Source of the DNA: Candidatus Peregrinibacteria bacterium
GTDB taxonomy: Bacteria > Patescibacteriota > Gracilibacteria > UBA1369 > UBA12463
Reading direction: 5' to 3'
DNA length: 64,000 nt
Assembly (NCBI GenBank): GCA_026395555.1
Contig: JAPLYO010000013.1
Coordinates: forward strand, 6,822 to 70,821
The notes beneath the pieces were generated by a model that worked only from the letters and a program-made list of their open reading frames with translations, did no database searches and was not told the DNA's origin. Shown here piece after piece: positions 57,301-64,000 of the stretch (position 1 is the first letter of the stretch; every line of letters starts with the position of its first letter). The translations under genes and the position numbers were made by a program.

Positions 57301-57941
57301 TCGGACTCCTTCACATAATGTGAATCTCCGGTTGCTACCAATCCCACTCCAAATTTTTTCGATAATGCAATCATGCCATCATTTACGACAGTTTGCTGCT
57401 CCAGCTCAGGGTTATCCTGAATTTCGAGGTAATATCTATCCGGACCCATCATGTCTCGGTACATCACCACAAGCTCCTCGGCCTTGCCCATATCACCGGA
57501 CAGAATCGCCCGACTCACCTCACCATTGAGACATCCACTCAAAACAATCAAATCCTCTTTATAAACACCGAGCAACGCATGATCAATACGAGGCTTATAA
57601 TAAAAACCCTCCAAATTCGCCTTCGTCACGAGCTGCATCAAGTTCTGATATCCCTTGAAACTCGTCGCCAATACCGTCAAATGAAATGGCTTATTATCAA
57701 TACCGGCCGACTTATCAAATCTAGTTCTCTGCGCTACGTACATTTCGCATCCAATAATAGGCTTAATTCCAGCCTTCTTCGCGGCTTTATAGAAATCAAT
57801 CGCACCATACATAACTCCATGATCCGTCACGGCCAAGGCCGGACATCCCAGCTCTTTGGCCCGCTGAACCATCACGTCCGGTGACCTGAGTCCATCCAGA
57901 AGGCTGTAGTAGGAGTGGGAGTGGAGGTGAACGAAGGACAT
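54315..57941 (-). CDS. dnaE: DNA polymerase III alpha subunit
   Basis: MSFVHLHSHSYYSLLDG PHP start at 57941. The listed start 58031 runs into tRNA-Leu. Polymerase core, OB fold and a C-terminal extension. Confidence 0.95.
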   Translation of the reverse strand: MSFVHLHSHSYYSLLDGLRSPDVMVQRAKELGCPALAVTDHGVMYGAIDFYKAAKKAGIKPIIGCEMYVAQRTRFDKSAGIDNKPFHLTVLATSFKGYQNLMQLVTKANLEGFYYKPRIDHALLGVYKEDLIVLSGCLNGEVSRAILSGDMGKAEELVVMYRDMMGPDRYYLEIQDNPELEQQTVVNDGMIALSKKFGVGLVATGDSHYVKESEHHSHDILLSIQTGTNIYDENRMKFSGNFALKTPEQMKEAFKHVPEAIENTLKIADMCNIEIPLHQNLLPNFDTPNNVPPDEYLRQLCYEGLQVRYDGAPSEKVITQLEYELGIVHQMGFDAYFLIVWDFIRAARERGIVVGPGRGSAAGSLLSYALFITQLDPLEHGLIFERFLNPERISMPDIDVDFADDRRGEVLEYVIDKYGRENVAQIITFGTMASRAAVRDVGRALGYPYSEVDAVSKKIPPPVQGKHVPLHESIEKDPELKELYKKDERARVLLDDAMELEGTVRHAGTHACAVVISSKPLVQYTPLQFGAGGEQKDVVTQYSMKPIEEIGLLKMDFLGLKNLTVMEKALGIIKKSRGIEIDLNRLPKNDPKAFELLQKGETTGVFQLESGGMRRYLKELVPTNFNDIVAMVSLYRPGPMDWIPSYIKGKHHPESVHYLDKSFETILNETYGVAVYQEQILQIAQQYAGFSLGEADLLRKAVGKKIMELLVEQKEKFIKGAVKKGHTKKNAEEVFEKVIEPFAGYGFNKAHGACYGMIAYQTAYLKGNYPDELMTALLMCDQGDLDRMAIEIEECESMGIQVLPPSINESESNFTLVGPGKIRFGLSAVKGVGEAPVLEILRIRREGGPFTSIQNFAERVPSNCINKKLFMALAYCGALEEFGERMTLIENFDRIVQHSKSHQGGQAQGQTGLFDDFGSDDGIPEFSLEKAPPATRTDCLRWEKEYLGLYVSSHPLQGLRSYFGKKVLLAEKITKKYIGKSVQFAGLVTNPKKIFTKSGTYMMQFLLEDPTGRINAVVFPKSYAMFAEKLKQDHIVIVTGRLDLRRSEYNLTVDAVSSMSLESMIAKAKELGLYKPEEKVRRQLIVISPEDAAKDKPRVVDEGEMPPEEHGGSEEVSHPSSSTAISGISGPSVSISGDTLVVSLLKDTPSSIMAAVKQILNKHVGVHPTEIHLRDGQEVRKIRLPVGVSFEGQVKEELEALFQQPKIG

Positions 57942-57999
57942 TTTGAAGCTAAACAAAAAACAGGAATGAATACGGGAACGAAATCCGACACTACGTGTC

Positions 58000-58083
58000 T
58001 GGTGCCTGGGAGAGGACTCGAACCTCCACATCTTGCGATACCAGCTCCTAAGGCTGGCGTGTCTGCCATTTCACCACCCAGGC
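58000..58083 (-). tRNA. tRNA-Leu (anticodon UAG), long variable arm, CCA encoded
   Basis: Reverse complement folds with acceptor GCCTGGG/CCCAGGC, anticodon stem CCAGC/GCTGG with loop CTTAGGA, variable arm TATCGCAAGATGT, T loop TTCGAGT. Confidence 0.9.
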
Positions 58084-58157
58084 GTTTGGATAGCCCCTAA
58101 CTTGTACCACGCCCGGCCAGAAACTTAAAGCCAAAAGAACGAATTACTCCCAGTAAC

Positions 58158-58186
58158 TTGACAAATGAAATAGTGTTGCCTAAATT
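58158..58186 (+). promoter_or_regulatory. sigma-70-type promoter for the 58225 gene
   Basis: TTGACA 58158-58163, 17-nt spacer, TAAATT 58181-58186. Confidence 0.6.
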
Positions 58187-58224
58187 GCTTACACAAAGAA
58201 GCTATATCTTAATCAAAATATTAT

Positions 58225-58773
58225 ATGCACGGTAGAGATATAGGTGCCACCCAACGCCGTCCTACAGAGGAAGAAGCAGCTCTAAGTGAAAGACTCCATC
58301 AGAGAGGAAAGGTAAGTACAAGGCTAGACGAAAAGAAAGCTGAGATCGAAAAACGCTTCTCTGAATTATACCAAGCAAAGAAGCACTATATAGAGGACAA
58401 ACACGGGTATGTGGCAGGTCTAGAGACGGAGCAGAGGCTTGCACTACAAAATGCGGCCGAAAGGGAAGAGCTAGAAAGGGTGAATGATGAAATTGTTCAC
58501 CTAGGAGGAATGATTGCAGCAAGAAATCTTGATTCATGTGAGGGAATTCCCGCACTTTATGCAAGAAGCAAGGAATTATCGGCAAGCATTGATAGGACAA
58601 TTGTAGCTCTCCAACAGGCCAGACTGAAAATTGAGCGTCACGCCCCAGGCGCAGCAAAATTCGATCAGGTAGTGACTCTCATTACGCAAATGAATGAGTT
58701 CTTCACGCAACTCAACGCAGCTTTGAATGGAGTCTTAGATTTGCATACCCTTCCATCAGCTGAAGCTGAATAA
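58225..58773 (+). CDS. hypothetical coiled-coil protein
   Basis: 182 aa, E/K/Q/A-rich helical sequence. No family recognised. Confidence 0.55.
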   Translation: MHGRDIGATQRRPTEEEAALSERLHQRGKVSTRLDEKKAEIEKRFSELYQAKKHYIEDKHGYVAGLETEQRLALQNAAEREELERVNDEIVHLGGMIAARNLDSCEGIPALYARSKELSASIDRTIVALQQARLKIERHAPGAAKFDQVVTLITQMNEFFTQLNAALNGVLDLHTLPSAEAE

Positions 58774-58781
58774 ACAAGAAC

Positions 58782-58810
58782 TTGACAAATTAGAGACTGT
58801 TGCCTAAAAT
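58782..58810 (+). promoter_or_regulatory. sigma-70-type promoter (distal) for the 58915 gene
   Basis: TTGACA 58782-58787, 17-nt spacer, TAAAAT 58805-58810. Flanks resemble the promoter at 58158. Confidence 0.6.
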
Positions 58811-58857
58811 GAACCCTTAATCACCGCAAAAGCAGAAATCAAGAATAAAAGATATAT

Positions 58858-58886
58858 TTGACAAGGAATCCATTACTACATATTGT
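58858..58886 (+). promoter_or_regulatory. sigma-70-type promoter (proximal) for the 58915 gene
   Basis: TTGACA 58858-58863, 17-nt spacer, TATTGT 58881-58886. Confidence 0.5.
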
Positions 58887-58914
58887 AAACCCCGCTCAGT
58901 AACAACCAACCTCT

Positions 58915-59994
58915 ATGGAAACCACACTAGAAAGCCAAGATAAAAAGCCAACGTCACAGAAAATGAACCTCGAACAACTCATGCAAGAAATGCTTCTTGT
59001 TCTTTCTCCGAAGGAAAAGGAAGTAATGATCAAGCGCTTTAGTCTCGATGATGGTCCACGACTCACGCTTGAGAAGATTGGGCAAAAGTTCGCCGTTACT
59101 CGTGAACGTATTCGTCAGATCGAAAAAATCGCTCTTACGAAACTTCGCCGAACGGTTCAGAATTCGAAATTGCAAATGATCAACGAGCTCGCTAGCACAT
59201 CTATCAAGAAGTGTGGTGGTGTCTGTCTCGAGTCCAAGATCCTCGCAGAGATTCTCAACGCTATCGGATCCGATAACGTTATCGACGGAAACATCATCCG
59301 ACTCTCGCTCAACATCAATCCATCACTCGTGAAGTCAGAGAAAAATAATCAGATTCACGCTTTTTGGAGACTCAAAGAGATTCCTATGAAGGACGTACAG
59401 CGAATGGTAGAGGTTGGCGTACAGAAGCTTCAGGATGCCGGTGATGTCGTAGCATTTGAGCAGGTGGCTGAACAGATCAAGAACAAGCTTCTCGAAGAAG
59501 GCCTCAACTATGAGGCAGCAGCTATTCTTTCATCGCTCGAGGTCGACAAGCGTCTTCGCAAGGTCAAGGATGGTTTTGGTTTAAATACATGGAGACACAT
59601 CAATCCACGAAGTATCCGAGACAAGGCGTACATCGTCTTGAAGAGAATCGGCAACCCACTTCACTTCATCGAGATCGCCAACAAGATTATTGAAAGCGGA
59701 TTCGACAAGAAGGTCGTTACGGTTCAGGCCGTTCACAACGAACTTATTCGTTACGATCAGTTCGTCCTCGTTGGACGTGGTCTCTACGCGCTCAAGGAAT
59801 GGGGCTACAAGAAAGGAACCGTCTCCGAAATCATCGAAGGTCTTCTCAAAAAGAAGAGCCCACTCTCAAAACAAGACATCATCCTCGGCGTCCTCAAACA
59901 ACGTCAGGTCAAGAAAGGCACTATCTCGTTGAACCTCCAGAAGAACCCTGAGTTCGTCCGAGTTGGTAGAGCCGTCTATGCTTTGAAGAAATAA
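58915..59994 (+). CDS. sigma-70 region 4 HTH protein with two C-terminal HARE-HTH-like domains
   Basis: 359 aa. LSPKEKEVMIKRFSLDDGPRLTLEKIGQKFAVTRERIRQIEKIALTKLR (sigma r4). PLHFIEIANKII...FVLVGRGLYALKEWGY and ...FVRVGRAVYAL resemble the RNAP delta-subunit HARE-HTH. Confidence 0.7.
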   Translation: METTLESQDKKPTSQKMNLEQLMQEMLLVLSPKEKEVMIKRFSLDDGPRLTLEKIGQKFAVTRERIRQIEKIALTKLRRTVQNSKLQMINELASTSIKKCGGVCLESKILAEILNAIGSDNVIDGNIIRLSLNINPSLVKSEKNNQIHAFWRLKEIPMKDVQRMVEVGVQKLQDAGDVVAFEQVAEQIKNKLLEEGLNYEAAAILSSLEVDKRLRKVKDGFGLNTWRHINPRSIRDKAYIVLKRIGNPLHFIEIANKIIESGFDKKVVTVQAVHNELIRYDQFVLVGRGLYALKEWGYKKGTVSEIIEGLLKKKSPLSKQDIILGVLKQRQVKKGTISLNLQKNPEFVRVGRAVYALKK

Positions 59995-60650
59995 TGATGA
60001 ATTCTCCGTCACTCAGAAATGTACTCGTAGCTGCCGCTCTCTCCCTCGGTATTTCCGTCGATGCCGCCCCGGCCAAGAATATTGCAGTACGAAGGCAAGA
60101 AATGGCAACAAAACTTCAGGCATGCCTGAAGGTAGGATTTGAAAATTATGATTTTACAGGCTATTACAAAGATGAAAAAGGTAACAGTAAAATAATCAGA
60201 TCAAGTGGATGGTTGTCGGATGGAAAAAAGACATGTGAGCGTTACTTGCCTACACCAAAAGAGGGTTGTCCAAAAGAGCCAATGTACGTAGGGGGTGGAC
60301 GTATTCAACATGAACACGGAACAAAGCAAAAACAAGTTGAAGGATTTATTGATAGTAAGCCGGGTAATGGCTCCATTAAGATGTTTTCTGATGAAATATC
60401 ATCAAATGACGGAAAAGATCCACGAGATAAGATTGAGCATGTTATTTGTTATGGGAGAGATGCTATTCCAGCCAAAGATCAGAAAGTAATGAACAAAATG
60501 GGAATTCCGGACTGTACGGATACTGTTTCTCAGCCTGAAGCGCAAAAAGAATATGATGATTTTATGGCCGAAGCAGCGTCACAGTGTGACTATAAGGCAG
60601 AAATAGATGTTGATTTTGGAAATAAGTTGAAAAAAATTCTAAAGAAATAA
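59994..60650 (+). CDS. hypothetical secreted cysteine-containing protein
   Basis: 218 aa. Signal peptide (VLVAAALSLGISVDA) and six Cys. Its start overlaps the previous stop (TAATG). Confidence 0.55.
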   Translation: MMNSPSLRNVLVAAALSLGISVDAAPAKNIAVRRQEMATKLQACLKVGFENYDFTGYYKDEKGNSKIIRSSGWLSDGKKTCERYLPTPKEGCPKEPMYVGGGRIQHEHGTKQKQVEGFIDSKPGNGSIKMFSDEISSNDGKDPRDKIEHVICYGRDAIPAKDQKVMNKMGIPDCTDTVSQPEAQKEYDDFMAEAASQCDYKAEIDVDFGNKLKKILKK

Positions 60651-60725
60651 TGAGATAGAGACCGAACACTCGGCGACTTTATTTAGCTATAAAATAAAAT
60701 AAATTTTTTATCAAACCCATTCAGC

Positions 60726-60743
60726 TTTGTGCCCGGGCACAAA
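60726..60743. repeat. 18-bp perfect palindrome
   Basis: TTTGTGCCCGGGCACAAA. No adjacent T run on either strand. Overlaps a minus-strand CAAAGCTGAA word (60720-60729). Confidence 0.8.
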
Positions 60744-60782
60744 TAAGGATACTAGATATATATAGAAGGGGCTGGAGAGTAT

Positions 60783-60823
60783 ATCCGTTTTGCTATCTTT
60801 TTGCTATACATTCGGATATAGAT
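60783..60823. repeat. copy 2 of the 41-bp exact dispersed repeat (first copy 7735-7775)
   Basis: Identical 41-mer TATCCGTTTTGCTATCTTTTTGCTATACATTCGGATATAGA, 110 nt upstream of the HIT gene. Confidence 0.85.
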
Positions 60824-60932
60824 TATGGAGGGATTGAAAGATCCTTCCATTTATAAATTCACGAAAGAACATTGCAAAACACTCACGAAATAGAGAGAAT
60901 AGGGACACAAAATTCATCATTAACCACCCCAC

Positions 60933-61247
60933 ATGTCAGACTGTCTCTTCTGTAAAATCATTTCCCAGCAAATTCCATCACCGCTTATCTACGAAGATGA
61001 AAAGTGTGTGGCCTTTGCCGATATTCACCCTAAGGACAAAACCCATCTCCTTATTATTCCACGTGAGCACATCCCAACCGTAGCTGATGCAAATGGCGAG
61101 CAGGAGCCATTATTGGGGCATCTTATTATCACAGGAAAAAAACTCGCACAGAAGTTAAACCTCTCAGGATATAAACTTCAATTCAACGTCGGGAAAGAAG
61201 GAGGACAGGAGGTCTTCCACATTCATCTCCACCTCATCGGACATTAA
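60933..61247 (+). CDS. HIT family (histidine triad) nucleotide hydrolase
   Basis: 104 aa. CLFCKII..., FHIHLHLIG histidine triad. Confidence 0.9.
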   Translation: MSDCLFCKIISQQIPSPLIYEDEKCVAFADIHPKDKTHLLIIPREHIPTVADANGEQEPLLGHLIITGKKLAQKLNLSGYKLQFNVGKEGGQEVFHIHLHLIGH

Positions 61248-61248
61248 T

Positions 61249-62226
61249 CTAATTCTGAACTTTGATCTCCAAAGAAAAATCCAAACTCGGAGCAGAGTGG
61301 GTGATTTGACCGACGGATAATATATCGACACCGCACGGACCGTAATGTTCGAGATTATCTAACGTAATCCCTCCGGAAGCCTCATACAAAACTTCTTCGG
61401 ACTCATATCCATTCTCGCGAATAGCCGCGATAGATTCACGTATTTGCGAAGGCTTCATATTATCGAACATGATGACGCCGGGAACACTGAGTCCACCGGG
61501 AGTATGCAATTTTTGGAAATTCTTTGCCGCCTCGATAGCCCGCTCCTTCGTCTCTACTTCAATTTCGAGGAATCTTCCCGGGTGATTGGCACACACGCCG
61601 AGCATATAGGCGATATTATGTTGTAGGAGCTCAGAGTGAGTGTCTTTGATGAGTACCGCATCAGAAAGGTCTAAGCGATGTGTTCCGCCACCTCCAAGCA
61701 CGACAGCTCTTTTATCCAAAAGGCCCCAAAGTGTTTTGCGTGTCGGAACCAGCAGTACATCGGATCCCAGCCGTCGCAAATAATCAACATAGGTACGCGT
61801 AAATGTCGCGACGCCACTCATGCGTTGCAAAAGATTCAACAAGACCCTCTCAACCTTTAGAATATCCTGAATAGATCCATGCAAACGCAATAAAATATCT
61901 CCCGGAACAACCGTATCCCCATCTTTCTTCAAAAAATCAGCGGTGATGTGACCGAGTCGAGGCTTAAAAGCGGGATCACTGGCGACGAGAAAGTAGTGTG
62001 CCTCTTGCAGGCCGGCAACCACGCCCGTAGATTTCGAAACGATAAAGGCATCAATTTCCACAGGATCCGGGAAGAGCGCCTCGGTCGTGATGTCCCCATC
62101 TTCGCCAACATCTTTGGCATACTCCAAGAAGGTATAACGGAAGATCCACTGCTTATACAAAGCATCACTCGGGTGAAGACGCTGGGCTTGATTATGTGTT
62201 TTTTGAGCGAGGATTGACCTATCCAT
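61249..62226 (-). CDS. nadC: nicotinate-nucleotide diphosphorylase (carboxylating), quinolinate phosphoribosyltransferase
   Basis: 325 aa. TRKTLWGLLDKRAVVLGGGGTHRLDLSDAVLIKDTH and IEVE...MFDNM patterns typical of NadC. Overlaps nadA by 8 nt. Confidence 0.85.
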   Translation of the reverse strand: MDRSILAQKTHNQAQRLHPSDALYKQWIFRYTFLEYAKDVGEDGDITTEALFPDPVEIDAFIVSKSTGVVAGLQEAHYFLVASDPAFKPRLGHITADFLKKDGDTVVPGDILLRLHGSIQDILKVERVLLNLLQRMSGVATFTRTYVDYLRRLGSDVLLVPTRKTLWGLLDKRAVVLGGGGTHRLDLSDAVLIKDTHSELLQHNIAYMLGVCANHPGRFLEIEVETKERAIEAAKNFQKLHTPGGLSVPGVIMFDNMKPSQIRESIAAIRENGYESEEVLYEASGGITLDNLEHYGPCGVDILSVGQITHSAPSLDFSLEIKVQN

Positions 62227-63190
62227 GTCGTGAGGTTAGGGAGGTAAGTGAGGGGAGGGAGATTGGAACGCTTGTAAGCGCGAACATTTTTCGGAAACTC
62301 TCTCTCGCACGTATAGCTACCGGCTCAGGAATTTTGATCTCATACTGCTCATTCACAAGTGCCTCATAGACGGAATCTAATGTCGTCTTCTTCATGTCAT
62401 AACAGAGATTGCAGACAGACATGAACTTTTTATTCGGCATATCTCGAATCATTCGCTGTGTTAAGCCGCATTCGGTGAGAACGATAAACTCCGTCTCAGG
62501 GCTTTTTTCGGCATAGGAGATCATTCCCGAGGTGCTGGACACCTCATCGGCGATCATAAGAACATCCTCCGGGCACTCCGGGTGAGCGATGACCTTTGCA
62601 TGGGGATTTTCAGCCTTTGCCCGTCTCACCTGATCCACGGTGATACGGTGATGAATAGGGCAGTAACCAACCCATGGAATAATTTCTTTTTCAGGAACTT
62701 GCTTCGCGACAAATGCGGCTAAGTTTTTATCCGGTACAAAAAGTATCTGATCATAAGGGAGAGCTCGAGTCACCTCTACGGCGTTCGATGAGGTACAGAT
62801 CGCATCCGCCTCCGCCTTCACCTCGGCCGTCGAGTTAATGTAGCAAACAACACCGGCCTTCGGATACTGCGCACGGAACTCACGTAGCTGCTCGGCAGTA
62901 ATCATATCGGCCAAGGCGCAGCCTGCATCGTAATCCGGAAGGAGCACTTTTTTTGTAGGAAGAAGAAGTGCGGCGCTTTCTGCCATGAAGTGCACGGCGG
63001 AAAACACGACGATATCAGCATCCGTCTCGGCCGCCTTTTCGCACAAGCCCAAAGAGTCACCAATATAATCGGCAACCTCGTATACCTCCGGTCTCAAATA
63101 ATTATGGACAAGAACGAGAGCATTTTTCGACGCCTTTAGGGCACGAATCTTCTCAATAAGCTCGAGTTGATGGGTAGTTAAGGTCGACAC
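62219..63190 (-). CDS. nadA: quinolinate synthase
   Basis: 323 aa. LVHNYLRPEVYEVADYIGDSLGL, VHFMAESAA, INSTAEVKA, three-domain NadA pattern with conserved Cys. Confidence 0.9.
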   Translation of the reverse strand: MSTLTTHQLELIEKIRALKASKNALVLVHNYLRPEVYEVADYIGDSLGLCEKAAETDADIVVFSAVHFMAESAALLLPTKKVLLPDYDAGCALADMITAEQLREFRAQYPKAGVVCYINSTAEVKAEADAICTSSNAVEVTRALPYDQILFVPDKNLAAFVAKQVPEKEIIPWVGYCPIHHRITVDQVRRAKAENPHAKVIAHPECPEDVLMIADEVSSTSGMISYAEKSPETEFIVLTECGLTQRMIRDMPNKKFMSVCNLCYDMKKTTLDSVYEALVNEQYEIKIPEPVAIRARESFRKMFALTSVPISLPSLTSLTSRHG

Positions 63191-63202
63191 GACCAGATTC
63201 TA

Positions 63203-63673
63203 CTATATGGAAAGGTTATGCACAAACCGAAGCCACAAGACTTTCAGCTGTTCAAAAGCATAGGAGGCAAGCTGTGCAAGAATATCTCGAAACTCACGAA
63301 TACGGGAAAGAAGGGTATTCATCTCGAAATATGAAGGATTTTTGTGGAGTTGGTGTTCGAGTTCCCCGAGGGTCTTCTGAAGATTTCTCTCAATATCATG
63401 ACGGAGGAATCGTTCTGCTTTTTCTGGGTCTTTTGGAAGCCGAGCGAGGAGCTCCTCCTTTCGTTCCTGTGGAGTTTTGACTACTTTTTGCTGGGTTGCC
63501 GCTGCGGCACCACTCTTTTTTTGCTCAGTAGGAAGCGATCCAACGACCTCACGCAAACTGCTCGAGATGTCAGCACTGAGATCCGGAGAAGCGTCAGGTA
63601 CGGCGGCCGGTCGAGATCCTGATTCAGGAGCCTGTCCGGGAGCGATATTGAATAATGGTTTGTTTTCTGCCAT
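63203..63673 (-). CDS. hypothetical protein
   Basis: 156 aa. Disordered N-terminal half and helical C-terminal half. No family recognised. Confidence 0.5.
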   Translation of the reverse strand: MAENKPLFNIAPGQAPESGSRPAAVPDASPDLSADISSSLREVVGSLPTEQKKSGAAAATQQKVVKTPQERKEELLARLPKDPEKAERFLRHDIERNLQKTLGELEHQLHKNPSYFEMNTLLSRIREFRDILAQLASYAFEQLKVLWLRFVHNLSI

Positions 63674-63802
63674 GTTTCTGAGAAATGATAATTCTGACTA
63701 CAAGCTAACTATAAGCTAAAAAGTGCACTTTGTCAAATAGTTTGGGTTCCTTGTAAAGCTCATGCTATCATTCCGAAGCCAAACCATACAACCAAAAATT
63801 CT

Positions 63803-64000
63803 ATGAAATCTTCAAAGCTGAAAGCCAATACACGAACACCATCAATTATAACGAACCACCTTACGGAGGATCAGCTTCCAAAAGCCTACGACGCCTCGAA
63901 GTTTGAGAATGATATATATGCGAAATGGGAGAGCTCTGGAGCCTTCAAAGCCAAAGTTAACCCAAAAAAGAAGCCATTCACGATTATCATGCCTCCGCCA
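63803..64000 (+). CDS. valS: valine--tRNA ligase, N-terminal fragment (continues beyond the window)
   Basis: My own translation: MKSSKLKANTRTPSIITNHLTEDQLPKAYDASKFENDIYAKWESSGAFKAKVNPKKKPFTIIMPPP. The YD..KFE..IY..WE..G.F and PF.I.MPPP(NVTG) lead-in is typical of ValRS. Absent from the ORF track because no stop is reached. Confidence 0.8.
   Translation, partial: MKSSKLKANTRTPSIITNHLTEDQLPKAYDASKFENDIYAKWESSGAFKAKVNPKKKPFTIIMPPP

Noticed and set aside
57942-58031. N-terminal 30-aa extension of the dnaE ORF (MWRFESSPRH...)
   Set aside because: The extension is the translated reverse complement of tRNA-Leu(UAG). The canonical PHP-domain start MSFVHLHSHS begins at 57941.
63876-63881. GGAGGA inside the valS 5' region as a Shine-Dalgarno for a downstream start
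   Set aside because: No ATG, GTG or TTG in frame follows at a suitable distance. The ATG at 63803 gives a sensible ValRS N-terminus.
1-64000. Alternative genetic code (UGA recoding, as in some CPR lineages)
   Set aside because: Long family-consistent ORFs are intact under code 11. TGA also functions as a stop, for example the ORF X stop overlapping the hsdR ATG at 24075-24078.

Overview
64-kb chromosomal window, standard genetic code (TGA is used as a stop). By gene content it looks like a reduced-genome, uncultivated bacterium, possibly CPR/Patescibacteria-like. That placement is inference only. It rests on many orphan secreted or membrane ORFs, a ProRS without the INS editing domain, a sigma-region-4/HARE-HTH protein, and no Shine-Dalgarno sequences at the starts I inspected.

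Housekeeping backbone: rplS, proS, infB, rmuC, rpsA, clpC, ruvB, tsaE, aspS, dnaE, nadA-nadC, valS (5' fragment), tRNA-Arg(UCU) and tRNA-Leu(UAG).

Three accessory blocks stand out:
- Envelope/glycan block (0.9-13.7 kb): pyruvyl transferase, a coiled-coil plus beta-rich secreted protein, a lipoprotein, rmlA/rmlD, a GH16-like/HExxH protein, a GT2 enzyme, and rmlB plus a WxcM-type cupin.
- Defence-type island (about 19-33.9 kb): RhuM, a 4-Cys PD-(D/E)XK nuclease, a visibly AT-rich DUF3892-hsdM-hsdS-X-hsdR cassette, an XRE-Panacea antitoxin with an unclassified toxin, a fused UvrD-helicase/RecB-nuclease, and a MazF-like toxin.
- Wall-remodelling/DNA-transfer block (41-50 kb): M23-SLH peptidase, 3D/PG-binding protein, orphan T4SS coupling protein, and a Pif1/RecD-like helicase.

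The best candidate for an undescribed system is ORF X (24075-25094). It is a membrane-anchored orphan protein in the PrrC position of the type I R-M operon, and it is translationally coupled to hsdR.

Several non-coding signals are also reported: near-consensus TTGACA-17-TATAAT promoters, one of them leaderless; a CIRCE operator on the clpC promoter; phased short repeats; a 41-bp exact dispersed repeat; a 26-bp perfect inverted repeat; and an over-represented (TT)CAAAGCTGAA word. No rRNA, CRISPR array, integrase or transposase was seen.
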